From a virus (lineage: Duplodnaviria > Caudoviricetes): 64,000 nt of DNA. The translations under genes and the position numbers were made by a program. Position 1 is the stretch's first letter. Each line of letters starts with the position of its first letter. The DNA lies in the IMG/VR virus record IMGVR_UViG_3300031088_000758. The stretch is one strand, 5' to 3'. Positions 59,367-64,000 of this stretch are shown here, in pieces. Below the pieces are notes generated by a model. The model was not told the DNA's origin. It saw only the letters and a program-made list of their open reading frames with translations, and did not search any database.

Positions 59367-59906
59367 GTGATGAAAAAGTTAGAACGAGAAGTTAATAAGA
59401 ATAACGTAGTAATTGTAAACTCTGCTATGGAATACCTTGATATGGTTCCTTGGAGTAAAGCTGTGACGCTAATTGTTGCCAAAGAAGCTTACACTTTGAT
59501 TTCACGTTCTGATGGTTCTCTTGTAAGAAGCCCTAACTTGACTATTGAACATCCTTTGATTGTATGTTTGAACAAGTATGTCAACCCATACAGGAACATA
59601 CGTGTTATCGAGAAGAATGACACTGTTTCTAAGAAAACAATTCTTATTCGTGATGACTGGAAGTGTCAGTATTGTGGAAACTACGGTGACACAATTGATC
59701 ACATTCACCCTAAGTCTCGTGGTGGTTTGAATACTTGGGGAAACATGTGTGTTGCTTGTCAGCCTTGCAACTCTGCTAAGGGTGATAACACTCCTGAGGA
59801 GATAGGTTTTAAGCGTCCTGCTATTCCTAAGGCATTGCTTCCTGAGAAAACACGAAGGATTCAAGATGGCATCAATGAAGTTCTTATGGAAATGGTTGTT
59901 GCCTGA
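59367..59906 (+). CDS. HNH endonuclease (McrA-like)
   Basis: RDDWKCQYCG...TIDHIHPKSRGG..TWGNMCVACQPCNSAKG. Confidence 0.9.
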   Translation: MMKKLEREVNKNNVVIVNSAMEYLDMVPWSKAVTLIVAKEAYTLISRSDGSLVRSPNLTIEHPLIVCLNKYVNPYRNIRVIEKNDTVSKKTILIRDDWKCQYCGNYGDTIDHIHPKSRGGLNTWGNMCVACQPCNSAKGDNTPEEIGFKRPAIPKALLPEKTRRIQDGINEVLMEMVVA

Positions 59907-59920
59907 AAAGTTATATACTT

Positions 59921-59983
59921 AACTAGAATAAGCTGGTTCCGAAAATTGATTTTAAAAATTTTCGGAACCAGCTTATTCTAGTT
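59921..59983. terminator. Perfect inverted repeat, 27-bp arms
   Basis: aactagaataagctggttccgaaaatt / aattttcggaaccagcttattctagtt. Confidence 0.65.
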
Positions 59984-60082
59984 GCTTTGTTAAGATATAA
60001 TTTAATGTTAAGTTGTTGAAATCATAGGTTTGATGGATGTTGAACTAGTGTTTCTGTTATTTCTGAATAATGAGGGTTTATT

Positions 60083-60934
60083 ATGGTTGATGATAAAAAA
60101 GAAGAATTACGTGCTGCGCTTAAAAAACAGCGGGAAAGAGAAACTAAAAAAGAGCAGAAAAAGAAGATCCTTATTGGTGCTGCTATATTTATCTTAATAG
60201 CATCTTTGGTTGGTGTGTTTGTATGGAGTTTTTCTCAGACCTCTGACAATCAAACACAAGGAGAACAGCTAGTCCCAACTAAGGTAGATGCTAATGGCGC
60301 TTTTCATGTTTCTAAAGATGGTGTTTTAGAAGATAACGCTCCAACTGGCAATACGAGAGTGGATATATTTTTTGACCCTATGTGTCCCGGATGTGGGTTA
60401 GTAGATAGAGGTATCAGTGATAAAACTAATGAGCTTCTTAACAATGGAGAAATTGATTTATTCATGACTCCTGTGGCATTTTTAGACAATACTTCTTCTG
60501 ACAGGTACTCTACAAGGGCAGTGAATGCAACAATAACTGTTGCTGAAGAATCTCCTGAACATTATCTTGCTTTTGTAAATGATTTGTATGAAGTTGGTCA
60601 TCAACCTTCTGAGGGTTCTAGCTACATTCCTGTAAGTGATGAAATGCTTGCTCAAAGAGCAGTTGATTTAGGAGTGCCGCAAGAAGTGGCAGACAAGTTT
60701 TCTAATGGTCATTATACTGAGTGGATTTCTGAGAACACTAATAAGCAGCTTAATCAAAGAGAAGATCTTTTCCCAGAAGGATTCTCTACTCCTGCTGTAT
60801 TTTTAAACATCCAATACAAAGATACAGAAACACATTCCGGTGAAGTTGAAGATTTCACTAGAGTTACCTTTGACAGTCCCGAAGTTGAAGAAACCTTTGT
60901 CAATGCAATTGAAAGTGAAAAAACAGAAGAATGA
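60083..60934 (+). CDS. Membrane-anchored DsbA/thioredoxin-fold protein
   Basis: TM, FFDPMCPGC, AFLD...YSTRA, FSTP. Confidence 0.85.
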   Translation: MVDDKKEELRAALKKQRERETKKEQKKKILIGAAIFILIASLVGVFVWSFSQTSDNQTQGEQLVPTKVDANGAFHVSKDGVLEDNAPTGNTRVDIFFDPMCPGCGLVDRGISDKTNELLNNGEIDLFMTPVAFLDNTSSDRYSTRAVNATITVAEESPEHYLAFVNDLYEVGHQPSEGSSYIPVSDEMLAQRAVDLGVPQEVADKFSNGHYTEWISENTNKQLNQREDLFPEGFSTPAVFLNIQYKDTETHSGEVEDFTRVTFDSPEVEETFVNAIESEKTEE

Positions 60935-61034
60935 ACATGATGAGGAATTTTTTAATGTTCTTGCTCGTTTGACTGTTTATGATAATTGTGCTATTTTATG
61001 ACTATAGATTAAATACTTAGTTGATAGGAGTTTT

Positions 61035-61259
61035 GTGATGAAAGATATTAGTAGTTATTTTTCTAAGCTTAATGAGAGTAAGACGAAGAACGAGTTTATT
61101 TGGGATGAGCTTCGTTTTAAAGTAATTCTTTTTAAAGATGGTGAGCCTGTTTCTTACTATCCTTTGAAAGATGAAGAGAATAATATGAATGGTGCTTTGA
61201 AGGCTGCTTCTGGCCTTTTAAATGGTGATGGTGTTGTTCTGAACACAGTAGCAAAATGA
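61035..61259 (+). CDS. Hypothetical protein
   Basis: AGGAG RBS; TTGACT-N17-TATTTT upstream at 60969-60997. Confidence 0.55.
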   Translation: MMKDISSYFSKLNESKTKNEFIWDELRFKVILFKDGEPVSYYPLKDEENNMNGALKAASGLLNGDGVVLNTVAK

Positions 61260-61283
61260 TTGACTGTGGTTAGATTCAGTATC

Positions 61284-61343
61284 AAAAAAGTCAAGTAGAA
61301 GAATTATCGAATGAAAAGAAAGATTCTTCTACTTGACTTTTTT
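61284..61343. terminator. Perfect inverted repeat, 21-bp arms
   Basis: aaaaaagtcaagtagaagaat / attcttctacttgactttttt. Confidence 0.6.
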
Positions 61344-61361
61344 ATGTAGGTAGGTTATAAT
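61333..61361 (+). promoter_or_regulatory. Near-consensus sigma70/SigA promoter with its -35 inside the hairpin arm
   Basis: TTGACT (61333-38)-N17-TATAAT (61356-61). Confidence 0.7.
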
Positions 61362-61404
61362 GAATGTATATATTTTTATTCATAGTATTTAGGAGCTGGT
61401 GTAG

Positions 61405-63393
61405 ATGACTACTAAAAGCAATAGTAAGAGCATTGATGAGCTTGTTAAGGAATTGCCACAAGAGAAGCAAGCGATTCTGGAGCAATTTCGGGAAGATATG
61501 AAGAATTCTCCTATTCGCAAGCTGAACAAGTTGGAGCGAGACATTTGGGGTGCTTCAATCACACGTGCTATTGAGTATCTTCCTTCATTCCGAGATGCTA
61601 TTGCTGTACTTAGTCCTTATATGGACGCTTCATCTAGCACTGCTTATACAGATAAGTATGCTCGTGTTGGGCTTTCTTACTGGTTCTTTTACATTGCTGA
61701 TAATGACACAAGGGCTATTGCGTTGCTTCATGAATCAATGCATGTTCTGAATAACCATTTCGCTCGTGGTGCTAACAAGAATATCAAGCCTAGAATGATG
61801 AATATTTCTGGGGATCTTGAAATTAATTCAAATTTGTCTTTGCTTCCTGGTGCTAAAAAGATTCTTACGGATTTCCTTCTTCCTGATCATGAGAATTTTG
61901 GGTTCCCTTATCACAAAACCCTTGAGCAATATTCTATTTTGATTCAGGATAAGCTTAATGAGGAAGAAGAGCAAGAGGATTCAAACTCAAACCAGGAAAA
62001 CGGTGATGGTCAAGAAAGTTCTTCTGAAAATTCCGATCAGAGCGATTCTAGCTCAAATGATAATTCTGAATCCTCAAATGATAACTCTGAATCTGATTCC
62101 GCTGATAGTTCAAGTTCGTCTGATGGTTCAGATTCAAGCGCTGGTGATGAGAGTAGTCAAGAAGCTGGTGGAGAAGGTTCTTCCGATGATTCTAGTGATG
62201 GTGGTTCGGGTTCGGAAGGTTCACCTGATGGAGGTTCTCCTGGAGACTCTAATAATGGTCAAGAAGGTGGAGAAGGAGACAGCGGTTCTCAATCAGGCAG
62301 TGGCTATGGCAATGCTTATGATTCATTTGTGGAGGATTTGCTTGGGAGAAAAAAGAAAGGTTCTTCTAACTTGAAGGATCTACTTTCTGAGAATGAAAAT
62401 GGATCTGAAAAATGTAATGGAAATCATTCTGATAGTGGTGATGGTCAACAATGTGATGGAAGCTGCGACCATTCTAATGATAGTGATGAGAATGGTGATA
62501 GCAGTGGGGAAGGTTCTGGAGATTCGGGTAAAGGTTCTCTAAAAGATTCTCAAAAGAACAGCTCTTCTCAGGGGAAAGCACAACGTGTTCCTACTCCTTC
62601 ACGTAGTTGCGATAGAAACACTGATGCTAGATCAGAAGCAGCTGATAATGCGGAAATTGATAGAAGCTCTATTACTGAACAGAATATTGCCAGAAGGAAT
62701 ACTCGTGCGCGTGTTGTTGATGAGATTAACAACAACAAATCACGTGGAAATGGCTCTAATAATGAATTTTTGAAGGTTGTTTCAGCCCTTATGAGTCCAC
62801 CTAAGGTTGACTGGCAAGAGTTGTTCCGTAGAAAATTCAACGCTGCTTTCAATAATTCTGTTCGTGGTCGTTCGCATTTATCATATAAAAGAATTGATCG
62901 TAGAAGTCCTGGAAAAATAATCTTTCCAGGAAGGATTAGTTTCCAACCTAAGGCTATGATGGGTATTGACACTTCTGGCTCAATGGACAAGAGAGACTAT
63001 GAAGCTGTTTTGATTGAAGCTGAAGGAATCATGAAAAAAGGTCTACGTGCCAAAGGAGCTTTACAGGTATTTTCTGTGGACACAACAATCAAGAATATTG
63101 AACCTGTAAAAAATGTGAAAGACATTAACCTTTACGGTGGTGGAGGAACGGATATGAGCGTTGCTTTTGCTTACGTTAATATGCTACCTGTAAAAGAAAG
63201 ACCTAATATTTTAGTTCTAGGAACAGATGGTGGAACTGATTGGAATAGTATTATTCGTCAATTGCGAAAGTCTGAAGCTACGTATACTCCTATTATCTTG
63301 GTCACTACGAAGTACGGTTATGAATCAGTACCATCAGAATTGCATGAAATTGCTGCTGTGTTAGATGTTTCAGAAGGAAATAATTCTTTTTGA
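61405..63393 (+). CDS. DUF2201-type metallopeptidase plus VWA protein with Ser/Gly/Asp-rich linker
   Basis: TAYTD, HESMH (HExxH), DLEIN, PKVDWQ, IDTSGSM (MIDAS), GGGGTD, TDG. Confidence 0.85.
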   Translation: MTTKSNSKSIDELVKELPQEKQAILEQFREDMKNSPIRKLNKLERDIWGASITRAIEYLPSFRDAIAVLSPYMDASSSTAYTDKYARVGLSYWFFYIADNDTRAIALLHESMHVLNNHFARGANKNIKPRMMNISGDLEINSNLSLLPGAKKILTDFLLPDHENFGFPYHKTLEQYSILIQDKLNEEEEQEDSNSNQENGDGQESSSENSDQSDSSSNDNSESSNDNSESDSADSSSSSDGSDSSAGDESSQEAGGEGSSDDSSDGGSGSEGSPDGGSPGDSNNGQEGGEGDSGSQSGSGYGNAYDSFVEDLLGRKKKGSSNLKDLLSENENGSEKCNGNHSDSGDGQQCDGSCDHSNDSDENGDSSGEGSGDSGKGSLKDSQKNSSSQGKAQRVPTPSRSCDRNTDARSEAADNAEIDRSSITEQNIARRNTRARVVDEINNNKSRGNGSNNEFLKVVSALMSPPKVDWQELFRRKFNAAFNNSVRGRSHLSYKRIDRRSPGKIIFPGRISFQPKAMMGIDTSGSMDKRDYEAVLIEAEGIMKKGLRAKGALQVFSVDTTIKNIEPVKNVKDINLYGGGGTDMSVAFAYVNMLPVKERPNILVLGTDGGTDWNSIIRQLRKSEATYTPIILVTTKYGYESVPSELHEIAAVLDVSEGNNSF

Positions 63394-63452
63394 TCGTTGA
63401 GTGCCGAAAATAACATTGTTTTGAACAGCTTTAAATTTTCTAAAAAAGGCTG

Positions 63453-63509
63453 AGAATATAGCACCTGAAAAGCAACCTTAAAACCGTTGCTTTTCAGGTG
63501 CTATATTCT
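63453..63509. terminator. Perfect inverted repeat, 24-bp arms
   Basis: agaatatagcacctgaaaagcaac / gttgcttttcaggtgctatattct. Confidence 0.65.
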
Positions 63510-63729
63510 TGTTTTAAGCAATTTTTTCTTCAAAGATGTATTTTAGTGTCCCAACCCACGAAAATTTCAATAAGGCGCTTAAAACGCTTCTCATAGTTTC
63601 TAGCTTTGACAATAGCTTTCTTAAAATAAATAATTTTTATAGAAATTATGTAAGTTTAGGTTTTAAATTGTTAAGATACTTATGTTTGATGAACATAGTA
63701 AATTTTAAGAAAGTGAGAAAGAGATTAAT

Positions 63730-64000
63730 ATGGCAAATGAAAAGCAAAAAATGTTTGATGACCTTATTAAAGGAATCAACAGCAGTAAAAAATATAGTAG
63801 TAACGATGCTTCGGGCAAGCTTTTAGCTAAATTGTCAGATAAACCTTTGAATGTTAACACTATTTCAAGTGGTTCAATGGTTTTGGACGAAATTTTAGGT
63901 GGAGGGTTAGCACAGGGGCGTTTAATTGAAATTTATGGTGCGGAAAGTTCAGGTAAAACTTCTATTGCTTTAACCGCTTTGGGAAATGTTCAAAAAGACG
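63730..64000 (+). CDS. recA: RecA recombinase, 5' part, runs off the right edge, absent from the ORF track
   Basis: Manual translation from ATG 63730: [14 protein letters not shown]...[37 protein letters not shown]. Confidence 0.92.
   Translation, partial: MANEKQKMFDDLIKGINSSKKYSSNDASGKLLAKLSDKPLNVNTISSGSMVLDEILGGGLAQGRLIEIYGAESSGKTSIALTALGNVQKD

Noticed and set aside
63536-63826. 96-aa ORF near the right edge
   Set aside because: Overlaps the recA start in another frame and has no recognisable features.
1-64000. Prophage structural module or alternative genetic code
   Set aside because: No capsid, portal, terminase or tail genes recognised; conserved genes are full length under the standard code.

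Overview
AT-rich (roughly one-third GC by eye), gene-dense segment of a large extrachromosomal element, most likely a conjugative megaplasmid or phage-plasmid-like replicon. Several proteins look actinobacterial (GyrA with HPHGDASV, a DUF7455-like Cys/His protein, NrdH, Orn, membrane DsbA). Genes run almost all on the minus strand up to about 40.6 kb and on the plus strand after that. Left part: a Gram-positive/actinobacterial-type T4SS cluster (VirB6-like ORF running off the left edge and missing from the ORF track, TcpC/VirB8, TcpD, VirD4, a VirB4 N-terminal half with no ATPase, two atypical Tad pseudopilins, a MobC-like protein, a secreted nuclease). Middle: replication and phage-like metabolism genes (DnaG, Prim-Pol/HTH Rep-like protein, rIIA-like GHKL ATPase, YqaJ, dNMP kinases, 2OG-Fe oxygenase, PhoH). 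Right: RecB-like nuclease, RecX, type IIA topoisomerase B and A subunits surrounded by zinc-finger-array homing-type endonucleases (one split by an IS607-like TnpB element), RNA ligase, HNH, DsbA, a metallopeptidase-VWA protein and the start of recA (also missing from the ORF track). Most notable: (1) six otherwise unrelated proteins share a ~45-aa N-terminal H-C-C-H module, a candidate sorting or translocation tag; (2) sixteen unique, long (14-29 bp arm) perfect inverted repeats at gene 3' ends; (3) a GIY-YIG nuclease with a 6x27-aa CxxHG-CxxC finger array. No capsid, terminase, tRNA, rRNA or CRISPR was recognised.
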